Below are positions 18,357 to 29,401 of a stretch of 64,000 bases of DNA, in pieces (the stretch's first letter is position 1; every line of letters begins with the position of its first letter). The notes under the pieces were generated by a model. It did not search any database. It saw only the letters and a program-made list of their open reading frames with translations, and was not told where the DNA came from. The position numbers and the translations under genes are program-made. Source of the DNA: Gemmatimonadales bacterium (lineage in GTDB: Bacteria > Gemmatimonadota > Gemmatimonadetes > Gemmatimonadales > GWC2-71-9); NCBI GenBank assembly GCA_038321865.1, contig JBBQFH010000010.1, positions 1 to 64,000 on the forward strand, written 5' to 3'.

Positions 18357-20291
18357 TCAGCCGACGCTCAGGCCGGCCGCACCCGATTCGACCGGCCACC
18401 GCAAGGTCAGCGACTGCCCCTGCAGCGTCCGTTCCAGTCCGCGTTCCGACTTGGCCGTCGTCTCGACGGGATGGGTCCAGAAGTCGGCCGGCGGCACAGC
18501 GGTGATTTCGAGCGGCCGGAAGAGCGAGAGCTCGGTAGTGAAGACGTCGCCTGGTGCGCCGGCATCCGGCGCCCATTCGTAGCGCACGCTGAACGACCCG
18601 TCGGGCTCGAACCGGATGCGCTTGCCGAGCGAGTGGCGACTGTCGCTCGCGGAGCGGAAGTGGATCTCGATCGCGTCCGCGTCGCAAACGATCCGATAGT
18701 CGAACCGCGCCTGGGCCCAGCCGAACGCGACGGGGTACCCACCACGCGCATACTCGTCGAGCGACAGGCTACCCGGCAGGATGCGCTCCCTGAGCAAGGC
18801 GCGATCCTCCGCATCCATCGGCGGCCGCTCGTCCAGTCGAATCCCGGCTTCGATCTCGTGGATGCTGGGAGCGCCGCCGTCAGCGTGCTGCGGCGTGGCG
18901 CCGGCGCCGGCGCCGGCCAACGCCGCGTCATGATATGCCTCGCGCCGGCGGGTGAGCACATCAGCGTGATTGATCCCGCTGTCGAATCGCGTGTATTCCT
19001 CGATGCCGGCACCGCGCGCCGGGCTCAGCACCGCCGAAAAGCGGTTGGAATGCACCCAGAGCTCGATGTTGCCATCGGCGTCGAAGTCGACTTCGTCGCA
19101 GGCGAGCGGCTGGCCGGCGCGGAGGCTCCGCTCCGCCACGGCGAGATTGGCCCAGACCGCCTCGCGGAGATGTGGCAGGTAGAGCCCGCCGAACACCCCG
19201 TGCCAGTAGGCGTCGTTGCACTGCGCCCGGCCGATGGCCCGGCGCACGGCCGGCGGGTCACCCGCCGCGCGGCTCAGCGCCGAGAGCGCCTGCATTTTCT
19301 TGTGCATCCGGTTCGACTCGGGGTACTTCACCAGAAAATTCCGCCAGTGCGCGCCGCGGACGAGCGCACCTTCGCGTCCGGCCATCCGCGCCTCGCCCAG
19401 ATCCTGTTCCAGCCGAAACAGGCGATTGGCCCCGTCGGGCGGGAGCGACCACGCTTCCATCTCGCGATATGATGCGGTGGGCAGATACGCGAGCCCGCCG
19501 CTCGGCACCTGGTCGAGGGCATCCGCCAGCGTGCTGAGCACCACCTCACCTGAGCCGATCAGCTCTCCGATGGTGTGGAAGAAGCGGTCGAACCAGCCCT
19601 TCTCGTACACCCACTCCCTCGTGCCGGGCCACCCGCCGAACTTCTCGCCGTCGTCGGCCAGCACCGCGAGGCGGTGCCCCGCCGCGCGGAGCTCGCGCAG
19701 GTACGCCGCGGTCTCCTCGGGTGGCCGGAACGGGATCAGATAGCGGAGGCGCTCGTCGATGGGGAAGAGCGCGACCGGGCGTCCGTCGCTCTCGGTCCAG
19801 AGCGGCGCGTGAAGCTGGCGGGGCTCGAAGCCGGTCACGAGGAAATGCCGGTCGTCCACCAGGGCGTAGCGGACGCCGGCGTCCGCCAGATCGGCCGCCA
19901 GCTCCGGCTCCCAGACACGCTCCGTTAGCCAGAGACCCGTGGCGTCCACGCCGAAGCGAGCACGAATTGCCTCGCGCATCCACTCGATCTGCTCGACGCG
20001 GTCCCGTCGCGGCAGCGAGGCCAGGACCGGCTCGTAGAAGCCGGCCAGCAGCAACTCGATCCGGCCGTCGGACGCGAGCCGTCCCAGTTGATCCAGATAG
20101 CGGCTGTCGTGAGTTTCCAGCCATTCGAGAAGGGGGCCGGAGAGATGCAGCACCGCCGGGAAAAAGCTGCTCGATTCCAGACGGTCGAGCAGCGGCCGGT
20201 AGACGTCGCGGACGTGATCGGCGAAGACGTGATCGAAATTGCCGACCGGCTGGTGCAGGTGCACGCCGAACACGAAGCGGATCGGATCCAT
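18357..20291 (-). CDS. GH57 alpha-amylase / 4-alpha-glucanotransferase
   Basis: GVHLHQPVGN, HLSGPLLEW, GLWLTERVWEP, ADDGEKFGGWPGT, AQCNDAYWHGVFGGLYLPHLR. Confidence 0.92.
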   Translation of the reverse strand: MDPIRFVFGVHLHQPVGNFDHVFADHVRDVYRPLLDRLESSSFFPAVLHLSGPLLEWLETHDSRYLDQLGRLASDGRIELLLAGFYEPVLASLPRRDRVEQIEWMREAIRARFGVDATGLWLTERVWEPELAADLADAGVRYALVDDRHFLVTGFEPRQLHAPLWTESDGRPVALFPIDERLRYLIPFRPPEETAAYLRELRAAGHRLAVLADDGEKFGGWPGTREWVYEKGWFDRFFHTIGELIGSGEVVLSTLADALDQVPSGGLAYLPTASYREMEAWSLPPDGANRLFRLEQDLGEARMAGREGALVRGAHWRNFLVKYPESNRMHKKMQALSALSRAAGDPPAVRRAIGRAQCNDAYWHGVFGGLYLPHLREAVWANLAVAERSLRAGQPLACDEVDFDADGNIELWVHSNRFSAVLSPARGAGIEEYTRFDSGINHADVLTRRREAYHDAALAGAGAGATPQHADGGAPSIHEIEAGIRLDERPPMDAEDRALLRERILPGSLSLDEYARGGYPVAFGWAQARFDYRIVCDADAIEIHFRSASDSRHSLGKRIRFEPDGSFSVRYEWAPDAGAPGDVFTTELSLFRPLEITAVPPADFWTHPVETTAKSERGLERTLQGQSLTLRWPVESGAAGLSVG

Positions 20292-20293
20292 CG

Positions 20294-21979
20294 TCAGCCA
20301 GGAACCTGGACGCCGCTCCCGTCGAGCGCCGCGCGCAGCGATGGAAGCACGTCGGGGAACAGGTCGTCGCGCCGGGCCAGCTCGTCCGCCAGGGCGTCAC
20401 CGGCGGCGAGCCGTTGGGGCGAGCCGTCGGTCAGCGCGCCGACGAGGCGTTCGAGATCGTCGCAGTGACCGCTGAATCGGCGTTCAGCGTAGTCAACGAC
20501 GGCGCCGGTCGAAATGATGAACTGCCAGTCCGATGACTGGGCGAGCAGCAGCGACCGGGCCGCCTGCGCCAGCACCCGGTGCGCGGCGGGATCGGCCAGC
20601 GCCCGGGCCGCCACATCCCAGAAGGCCTCCTCGAGCGGCCAGAGCCGGAGCCAGGTCCACGCCGTGCGCTCGTTCAGCCACATGCTGAAATCGCCTTCGG
20701 CGCCCCAGGAGCCGGACGGCATCGCGATCCCCGTGCGGGCGGGATGCTCGGTCAGGTGCTCCGTTCCGGTGACGGCTCGCACGCCCGCGTGTTCCGCCAG
20801 CGCGCGATACGCACAGGCCAGAAAATCCGGGCCTTCGAACCACCAATGCCCGAACAGCTCGGTATCGAACGGGGCGACCACGACGCCGTCGCGGCCGCGG
20901 CCCTGAGTGGCCGCGATCCCACCCAGCAGTGAGGCGAAGTGTCCGCCGTGCACGCGCGCGCGTTCCGCCGCCACCGCGGGATCGTAGGGTTGCTTGTTTC
21001 CGAGATCGACGCCATCGCCGGTGACCCGCCAGAGCTTCAGCCCGCCGGGCCAGCGCATCTTGTGAAATTCGAGATACGCCTGGTCACCGGGGTAGCCTTC
21101 GTGCCGGCTCCAAACCTGCGAGGACGCCCGAGGATCGCGGACCAGTGCGGTGGCCCGCGCCCGGCCGGCCGAGAGCACGCCGTACGCGCGGTAGGGCGAT
21201 CGCCGGCTCGGCGAACCGAGCTGCCGGTCGGAGGCGCGGGCGTGGGGTCCGGTCGCGAGGTCGCCGTACAACCCCAGCGGCCGGCCGGCGGAGGCGAGAT
21301 GGGCGTCAACGAAGAAGTAGCGGAACCCGGCGTCGGCCAGGTGTTCGTCGATGCCGCGGCGAAGCGGTGCCCGGGGCGCGCCGGGCCAGGGGTTCCAGGG
21401 GCCTCGCGGGCGGTAGGCGCACTCCGGCAGCCAGCATCCGCGCGGGGCCTTGCCGAAGAGCCGGCGGTGCTCGGCGGCGCCGAGGCCGAGCTGGAAGCGG
21501 ATGCTCTCGTCGCGGGCCAGCAGGGGAAGGAACCCGTGAGTGGCGGCGGAGCCGATGATCTCGATGCGTCCCGCATCCTCCAGCGCACGGAACGCCGCGA
21601 TCACGTCGTGGTCGATCGCGCGGAACAGGTCACGCAGACGGATGAGACGGGTCCGCCAGTATTCCACGAGGGGAAGCAGGTGGCGGTCGCCGCTGGCCTC
21701 CAGTGACGCCGGCGCCTCGCCGCAGGCCACGAGCCGCTGCTCGATGAACGCTTCGAGCTCGGTGGCGAAGTCCGGACTGGCCAGCTGGTTGGCGAGGACG
21801 GGCGTGAAGCCGATGGTGACCGGAGCCGGGACCTGCTCGTCCTCCAGCGCCCGCAGCGCCTCCAGGAGGGGCAGGTAGGTGTCCACGGCCGCCTCGGTCA
21901 GCCAGTCGCTCCCGTGCGGCCAGCGCCCATGGTGGAGCACGTACGGCAGGTGGCTGTGCAATGCAAGCACGAAGTCCAT
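20294..21979 (-). CDS. GH57 1,4-alpha-glucan branching enzyme (DUF1957-type)
   Basis: LHSHLPYV, ATHGFLPL, WLPECAY, YLEFHK, APFDTELFGHWWFEGP, LLLAQSSDWQF. Confidence 0.92.
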   Translation of the reverse strand: MDFVLALHSHLPYVLHHGRWPHGSDWLTEAAVDTYLPLLEALRALEDEQVPAPVTIGFTPVLANQLASPDFATELEAFIEQRLVACGEAPASLEASGDRHLLPLVEYWRTRLIRLRDLFRAIDHDVIAAFRALEDAGRIEIIGSAATHGFLPLLARDESIRFQLGLGAAEHRRLFGKAPRGCWLPECAYRPRGPWNPWPGAPRAPLRRGIDEHLADAGFRYFFVDAHLASAGRPLGLYGDLATGPHARASDRQLGSPSRRSPYRAYGVLSAGRARATALVRDPRASSQVWSRHEGYPGDQAYLEFHKMRWPGGLKLWRVTGDGVDLGNKQPYDPAVAAERARVHGGHFASLLGGIAATQGRGRDGVVVAPFDTELFGHWWFEGPDFLACAYRALAEHAGVRAVTGTEHLTEHPARTGIAMPSGSWGAEGDFSMWLNERTAWTWLRLWPLEEAFWDVAARALADPAAHRVLAQAARSLLLAQSSDWQFIISTGAVVDYAERRFSGHCDDLERLVGALTDGSPQRLAAGDALADELARRDDLFPDVLPSLRAALDGSGVQVPG

Positions 21980-21981
21980 TG

Positions 21982-23499
21982 TCACGCGCCTTTCCCCGCG
22001 AGCCGCACGGCGTCCCGGTAGACATCGATGTATCGGCTCGCGGCCCGCTCCCAACTGAAATCGCGCGCCATCGCCTCGGCCATCATGGCCTGCCAGCGGG
22101 GCTGGTCGGCGAAGCGCTCGAGCGCGCGGAACGCCGCGGTCTCGAATGCCTCCCGGTCGTATGCATCGAACAGGAAGCCGGTAACCTCGTCTTCGATGGT
22201 GTCGGCCAGGCCGCCTACACGCCGGGCCACGGGGAGCGCGCCGTAGCGTTGTGCGCGCATCTGGGTGAGCCCGCACGGCTCGTAGATCGATGGCATGAGA
22301 AACAGGTCCGCGCCGGCCATGAGCCGGTGCTCCAGGCGATCGGTGAAGTCGAGCTGCACCCCGATGCGGTCGGGCGCCGACTGCGCGAGCTCGACCAGCG
22401 CCGTCTCGTACTTGGCCTCACCGCCGCCGAGAAACACGAACTGCGCATCCAGCTCCAGCAGCGCACGGCTCTCGAGAATCACATCGAGTCCCTTCTGCGC
22501 CACCAGGCGTCCCGTCATGCCAAAGAGCGGGACCCGCTTCCGCTGCGGGAGTCCGAACGAGCGCTGCAATGCGGCCTTGCACCGGCGCTTTCCCTCGAGG
22601 TTGGTCGCCGTGTACGGTGCGGTGATCTGCCCGTCGAGCGCCGGCGTCCAGACCGACTGATCGATGCCGTTGAGGATGCCGACCAGCCGGTCTCCCATGC
22701 CGGTGAAGACATCGTGGAGGCCGAACCCGCCGCCGGGCGTTCGGAGCTCGAGGGCCTGCGTGGGGCTCACGGTGACGGCGCAATCCGAAAAGACCAGCCC
22801 GCCCTTCAGGAAATTCGCCTTGCCGTACCACTCGAGCTGCTGCCAGTTGTAGAGCGTCCACGGCAAGCCGAGATCCGGCATGACCTCGGGCGGGAAGTGG
22901 CCCTGATACCCGGGATTGTGAATCGACATGACGGCGGGCACCTGGCCTCCGAAGCGTTCGGTGCCGAGTACGCCGCGGAGATATACCGGGGCGAGCGCCG
23001 TGTGCCAGTCGTGCGCATGCAGCACGAAGGGGGGCTTGACCAGGCGGGGCAGCGCGCTGAGCGCCGCCAGGGCGAACAGCGCGAAGCGCCGGGCGTTGTC
23101 CGGGTAGTCGACCGCCTGCTCGCCGTAGATGCCGGGGCGGTTGAAGTATTCCCGATGCTCGATGAAGTAGACCCGGGGTCCGTCAGTCCGCTCGGCCGAC
23201 CGGAAGATGCGGGCCTCTTCGGTGCGCGGCCCCACCTGCACGGTAAACGGCGAGCCGACCGGGTGGAGGTCCGGGTCCACGTCACGGACGGTGCGATAGA
23301 GCGGGAGGAACACCGATACGTCGAGGCCCGCGCGATACTGGAATTCGGCCAGCCCGCTGACCGCCTCCGCCATCCCGCCGGTGCGCGCGAACGGATGGTA
23401 CTCGGCAGTCAGGTGCACGGCGCTCACGGCCTGACCGCCATCCGTCACCAGCGGGGGTGCCGGGCGCGAAGACGCGGCGGCGGCGCGCGAGGCGGTCAT
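21982..23499 (-). CDS. glgA: Glycogen/starch synthase (GT5)
   Basis: AEYHPFARTGGMAEA (KTGG-like), HAHDWHT, GILNGID, GRLVAQKG, MPSIYEPCGLTQM, GGLADTI. Confidence 0.92.
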   Translation of the reverse strand: MTASRAAAASSRPAPPLVTDGGQAVSAVHLTAEYHPFARTGGMAEAVSGLAEFQYRAGLDVSVFLPLYRTVRDVDPDLHPVGSPFTVQVGPRTEEARIFRSAERTDGPRVYFIEHREYFNRPGIYGEQAVDYPDNARRFALFALAALSALPRLVKPPFVLHAHDWHTALAPVYLRGVLGTERFGGQVPAVMSIHNPGYQGHFPPEVMPDLGLPWTLYNWQQLEWYGKANFLKGGLVFSDCAVTVSPTQALELRTPGGGFGLHDVFTGMGDRLVGILNGIDQSVWTPALDGQITAPYTATNLEGKRRCKAALQRSFGLPQRKRVPLFGMTGRLVAQKGLDVILESRALLELDAQFVFLGGGEAKYETALVELAQSAPDRIGVQLDFTDRLEHRLMAGADLFLMPSIYEPCGLTQMRAQRYGALPVARRVGGLADTIEDEVTGFLFDAYDREAFETAAFRALERFADQPRWQAMMAEAMARDFSWERAASRYIDVYRDAVRLAGKGA

Positions 23500-23506
23500 G
23501 GCCGGT

Positions 23507-25657
23507 TCACGCCGTCGGCGGGTCGTCGCCCGAGGCGGCGCCGCGCATGGCGGGAGCGTAGTAGGCCCGGACGTAATCCTGCACCATGCGACGACCGGTG
23601 AAGCGGCTGCCCGCCAGTCGGATCGCGTATCGCATCTTCTCCACCCAGCCGAGCGGCGTGCCGCCGGCATCACGGGTGTAGTAGAGAGGCACGATCTGCT
23701 CTTCGAGCAGCCGGTACAGGCGCTCGGCGTCCTCGGCATCCGGAGCCGCTTCGTTCGAGGCGGGCGGAATCGCCCAGCCGCTCAGACCGTCGTAGCCTTC
23801 CTGCCACCATCCGTCGAGCGTGCCGAGCTGCGGCACGCCGTTGAGCGAAGCCTTCATGCCGCTGGTGCCGGACGCCTCGAGGGGCACCTGCGGCAGGTTG
23901 AGCCACACGTCCACGCCCTGCACCAGGAGATGCGCGAGGTGCATGTCGTAGTCTTCCAGGAACGCGACGCGCCCCTGGAAGGCCGGGTCCCGGGTGAACT
24001 GATACACGCTCTGCAGCACTTCCTTGCCGGGGGTGTCGGCCGGATGGGCCTTCCCCGCGAACACGATCTGGACCGGCCGGTACGAATCGACCGCCATGCG
24101 ACGAAGCCGCTCGAGGTCGCGGAAAATGAGGTTGGCGCGCTTGTAGGTCGCGAACCGCCGCGCGAACCCGATCGTCAGTGCGCCCGGATCCAGCAGCGTG
24201 CCGGCCCCGACCACGTGCGCGGCTTCACGCCAGCGGTCGGCGAAGCGCCAGCGCGCGTCTTCGCGAATCAGCGTGAAGAGCGATTCCTTCAGCTTGACAT
24301 GCACGTCCCAGAGCCGCTCGGCATCGAGCTTGAGGACCTGATCCCACATCCGCGGGTCGTCCGGGTTCCGGTTCCAGCGCGGGCCGAGCAGCTCGTCCAG
24401 GAGCCGGCGGATCGGCATGGCCATCCAGGTCTCGAGGTGGACGCCGTTGGTGATGTGTCCGATCGGCACCGCTTCCGCCGGGCGATTGGGCCAGAGTCCC
24501 TGCCACAGGTGCCGCGAGACCTGCCCGTGCCGCCGGGAGACGCCGTTCACCCGGGAGGACAGCCGCGCCCCGGCCACGGTCATGTGGAACAGGTCGGGCT
24601 GGCCAGGATATTCGCCCAGTCCGAGCACCGTCTCGCGGCTGACGTGCATCCCTTCCCAGATCCGGCCCGCCACCCGTTCGACCTCGTCGAACGAGAAGAA
24701 GTCGTGGCCCGCGGGCACCGGGGTGTGCGTGGTGAACACGCTCGAGGCCCGCACCTTGGACGCTGCGGTCGCGAGGTCGTCGCCTGAGGCGACATGTTCC
24801 CGCAGCCGCTCGACGAGCATGAAGGCGGCGTGCCCTTCGTTGGCGTGCCACACCGCCGGGTCAACGCCCACCGCACGCAGCACGCGCACCCCGCCGACGC
24901 CGAGGATCCACTCCTGCCGCAGGCGCATGTCGGGGCCGCCGGCGTACAGCTTGTTCATCAGGCTGCGGTCGTCCGGATGATTGATGTCGAGGTTCGTGTC
25001 GAGCAGGTACACCGGCACGCGGCCGACCATGATCCGCCACGCGCCGACATGCACCGGCCGTCCCGACGTCTCCACGACGGTGACGAACGGCTCCCGATTG
25101 GGCCCGGTCAGCTGCACCAGCGGGGTCGCCGAGACGTCGAACCCCTGGTCGGTGTCCTCCTGCCAGCCGTCGAGGCGGAGCCGCTGGTCGAAGTACCCTT
25201 TTTCGTAGAGCAGCCCCACGCCGACCAGCGGGACGCCGAGATCGGAGGCCGACTTGCAGTGGTCGCCCGCCAGGACGCCCAGCCCGCCCGAATAGATCGG
25301 TACCGAGTTGTGCAGGCCGAATTCCGCGCAGAAATAGGCGACGGGGCGGTCCCGCAGCTCGCCGTACTCCTCGGCAAACCAGGTCCCGTCGGCGGTCGCC
25401 TCCTGCCGCAATCGCTCCATCACGTCGTCGTAGAGACGGAGGTAGCTGGGATCGCTGGCGCACGCCGCAATCCGGGCCGGATCCACCCGGCGCAGGAGCT
25501 GCAGCGGATTGTGATGGGTCTGATGCCAGAGGAGCTCGTCGATCGTGCGGAAGAGCGTGCGCGCGTCGCGGCTCCAGCTCCACCGCAGGTTCATGGCCAG
25601 CGCCGCGAGTCCCTCCACGCGCGCGGGCAGATATGGAATCCTGGCGTCCGCATTCAT
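23507..25657 (-). CDS. glgP: Alpha-glucan phosphorylase
   Basis: YFCAEFG..YSGGLGVLAGDH, HANEGH, FTTHTPVPAGHD, ARRFATYKRA, GKAHPAD, EASGTSGMKA. Confidence 0.95.
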   Translation of the reverse strand: MNADARIPYLPARVEGLAALAMNLRWSWSRDARTLFRTIDELLWHQTHHNPLQLLRRVDPARIAACASDPSYLRLYDDVMERLRQEATADGTWFAEEYGELRDRPVAYFCAEFGLHNSVPIYSGGLGVLAGDHCKSASDLGVPLVGVGLLYEKGYFDQRLRLDGWQEDTDQGFDVSATPLVQLTGPNREPFVTVVETSGRPVHVGAWRIMVGRVPVYLLDTNLDINHPDDRSLMNKLYAGGPDMRLRQEWILGVGGVRVLRAVGVDPAVWHANEGHAAFMLVERLREHVASGDDLATAASKVRASSVFTTHTPVPAGHDFFSFDEVERVAGRIWEGMHVSRETVLGLGEYPGQPDLFHMTVAGARLSSRVNGVSRRHGQVSRHLWQGLWPNRPAEAVPIGHITNGVHLETWMAMPIRRLLDELLGPRWNRNPDDPRMWDQVLKLDAERLWDVHVKLKESLFTLIREDARWRFADRWREAAHVVGAGTLLDPGALTIGFARRFATYKRANLIFRDLERLRRMAVDSYRPVQIVFAGKAHPADTPGKEVLQSVYQFTRDPAFQGRVAFLEDYDMHLAHLLVQGVDVWLNLPQVPLEASGTSGMKASLNGVPQLGTLDGWWQEGYDGLSGWAIPPASNEAAPDAEDAERLYRLLEEQIVPLYYTRDAGGTPLGWVEKMRYAIRLAGSRFTGRRMVQDYVRAYYAPAMRGAASGDDPPTA

Positions 25658-25660
25658 CGG

Positions 25661-27337
<1,677 letters not shown>

Positions 27338-27380
27338 AGAGCGGCAAGATAGACGAGCAACGCGGAATTATGAACCGCGC

Positions 27381-27414
27381 GAAAACGAAAGAGGCGCCCA
27401 GCGGGGCGCCCCTT
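27381..27414 (-). terminator. Intrinsic terminator of the SWIB gene
   Basis: Minus strand: AAGGGGCGCCC-CGCT-GGGCGCCTCTT followed by TCGTTTTC. Confidence 0.7.
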
Positions 27415-27435
27415 GTGGTGATGCCGTGCAACTGT

Positions 27436-27825
27436 TCAGCTGAGGTGCTTGTTGACCATCTTGGTCATGTCGAACATCGATACCTGTGACTTGCCGCCGA
27501 ACACCGGACGGAGATTGTCGTCGGCGTTGATCATGCGGCGGTTCTTCGCGTCCTGCAGGCCCTTCCGCTTGATGTACTGCCACAGCTTCTTGGTGACTTC
27601 GGTGCGCGGAATCGGCGTGCTGCCGACGACCGTGCTGAGCTGACTGGACGGCTGCATCGGCTTCATGAATGCAGCATTGGGCGTCCGCTTCTTGCCGGAC
27701 TTCTTGGCCGCCTTCTTTTTCGCCGGCTTGCGCGCGGCCGGCCGCTTCGCGGCCTTCTTGGCGCCCTTCTTCGCGGCCTTCTTGGCACTCGACTTCTTCG
27801 CGGTCTTCTTCTTTGCGGCTGCCAT
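27436..27825 (-). CDS. SWIB/MDM2-domain protein with histone-H1-like Lys/Ala-rich N-terminus
   Basis: AKKAAKK-type repeats followed by NAAFMKPMQPS..RTEVTKKLWQYIKRKGLQD..VSMFDMTKMVNKHL; GGGAGG RBS. Confidence 0.92.
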   Translation of the reverse strand: MAAAKKKTAKKSSAKKAAKKGAKKAAKRPAARKPAKKKAAKKSGKKRTPNAAFMKPMQPSSQLSTVVGSTPIPRTEVTKKLWQYIKRKGLQDAKNRRMINADDNLRPVFGGKSQVSMFDMTKMVNKHLS

Positions 27826-27921
27826 CGCGGTCCTCCCTGACAGGGTGAATGCGGTGCGTTCCCTCTGAAGACTGCATGCCCGACGCGTCCCAAACTAAGG
27901 CACTGCGCCGCAGTTGCAATA

Positions 27922-27940
27922 GGGAAAATGGCATTTTCCC
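27922..27940. promoter_or_regulatory. Palindromic operator-like site between divergent genes
   Basis: GGGAAAATG-G-CATTTTCCC (perfect 9-bp inverted repeat), next to a minus-strand TTGCAA-N16-TAGTTT promoter-like element. Confidence 0.45.
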
Positions 27941-28110
27941 CTCTGAAAACCGCTTGCCGCTCCTCTGGCGCGCCCGGACCGCCAGCTCACGCGGGCCCGA
28001 TTCCGCCCTCGTTTTCCCCCGGAAGCCGCCTGAGGGCCGCTGGCGCGGACGCCGCAACGAGCCTAGTTATCGAGTGACGATCCTGACGCACTTTCCCCGG
28101 AGCCTGGTCC

Positions 28111-29379
28111 ATGCATCTCTCGATCCCGAACGCCGCGCTGCGCTCTGCCGCGGCGATTCTCCTCGCCGGCTCGCCCGTCGCCGCGCAGAACATGCGCGCT
28201 CACACCGCCGCCGGCACGGCATGTGAAGCTGACAACGGCGGACTCGTGGTCCCCAGCGGTTTCTGCGCGGTCACCGTCGCGAGCAACCTGGGACCGGTGC
28301 GCCAGATGGTCGTCGGTCCCACCGGCGACCTGTACGCCGCGCTGAGCGGGAAGACCGGTGATGGCACCGGCGGCGTGCTCGCCTTCCGCGACACGACCGG
28401 CGACGGGCGGCCGGACGAGCGCGCCCGCTTCGGGCCCGCGGGCGGCAACGACGTGAAGCTCTATGGTGGATTTCTGTATTTCGCGCTGAACGACCGGATC
28501 GTCCGCTGGCGGCTGACGCCGGGCAAGCTGCAGCCCGACTCGCCGGAGGAAGTCGTGGTGAGCGGGCTGCCGGTCGGCGGCGATCACGTGGCCAAGAGCC
28601 TCGCGTTCGTCGGCGACACCATGATCGTGAACTTCGGCTCGGCGACCAACAGCTGTCAGAAGACCGATCGTTTGCCGGCGTCACCCGGCAACGATCCATG
28701 CAGGGAACTCGAGGTGAGAGCGGGCCTCTGGGCGTTTTCCGCAACCCGGACTGGCCAGACCATCGCCGATGGGCACCGCTGGGCGACCGGGCTCCGGAAC
28801 GCGATGGCGCTCGCCGTCCAGCCGGGTACCAATCGACTCTACGCCGGCGTGCATGGCATGGATCAGCTCAGCCAGAGCTGGGGCTTCAGCAACGAAGTGA
28901 ACGCGAACAATCCGGCGGAGCTGTTCGCGCAGGTCAGGGCCGGCGAGAACTACGGCTGGCCCTACTGCTACTTCAGCAATCAATACGGGCGCATGGTGAC
29001 GGCTCCGGAATACGGCGGCGATGGCAAGCGTGACGATCGCTGCCGCCGCGTCGCCCGGCCAGCGATCGCATTTCCCGGCCACTGGGCGCCGATGGCACTC
29101 GCCTTCTACCCCGGCGCCGCGTTTGGGGCGGCGTACCGCGGCGGGCTGTTCATGGCCTGGCACGGTTCCTGGAACCGCTCGCCGCTTCCGCAGGAAGGCT
29201 ACCGCATCGTGTTCATCCCGTTCCAGAGCGGCAAGCCGAGCGGAAGCTATCAGACGTTCGCCACGGGGGCGGACCGGCCGACCGCACTCCGCGCCGCCGG
29301 AGTCGCCGTCGCGCCCGACGGGTCGCTCTACATATCCGCGGATCAAAACGGTAAGATCTGGAAGGTCGTGAAGCGCTAG
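28111..29379 (+). CDS. PQQ-dependent sugar/sorbosone dehydrogenase family beta-propeller protein
   Basis: Signal peptide; ATGLRNAMAL, NYGWPYCY, HWAPMALAFY, WHGSWNR, GVAVAPDGSLYISAD. Confidence 0.88.
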   Translation: MHLSIPNAALRSAAAILLAGSPVAAQNMRAHTAAGTACEADNGGLVVPSGFCAVTVASNLGPVRQMVVGPTGDLYAALSGKTGDGTGGVLAFRDTTGDGRPDERARFGPAGGNDVKLYGGFLYFALNDRIVRWRLTPGKLQPDSPEEVVVSGLPVGGDHVAKSLAFVGDTMIVNFGSATNSCQKTDRLPASPGNDPCRELEVRAGLWAFSATRTGQTIADGHRWATGLRNAMALAVQPGTNRLYAGVHGMDQLSQSWGFSNEVNANNPAELFAQVRAGENYGWPYCYFSNQYGRMVTAPEYGGDGKRDDRCRRVARPAIAFPGHWAPMALAFYPGAAFGAAYRGGLFMAWHGSWNRSPLPQEGYRIVFIPFQSGKPSGSYQTFATGADRPTALRAAGVAVAPDGSLYISADQNGKIWKVVKR

Positions 29380-29401
29380 TCACCCTGACGGAGGGCCCGC
29401 C

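Noticed and set aside
27700..27825. Low-complexity TTCTT/GGCC repeats as a regulatory repeat
   Set aside because: Explained by the Lys/Ala codons of the H1-like tail on the minus strand.
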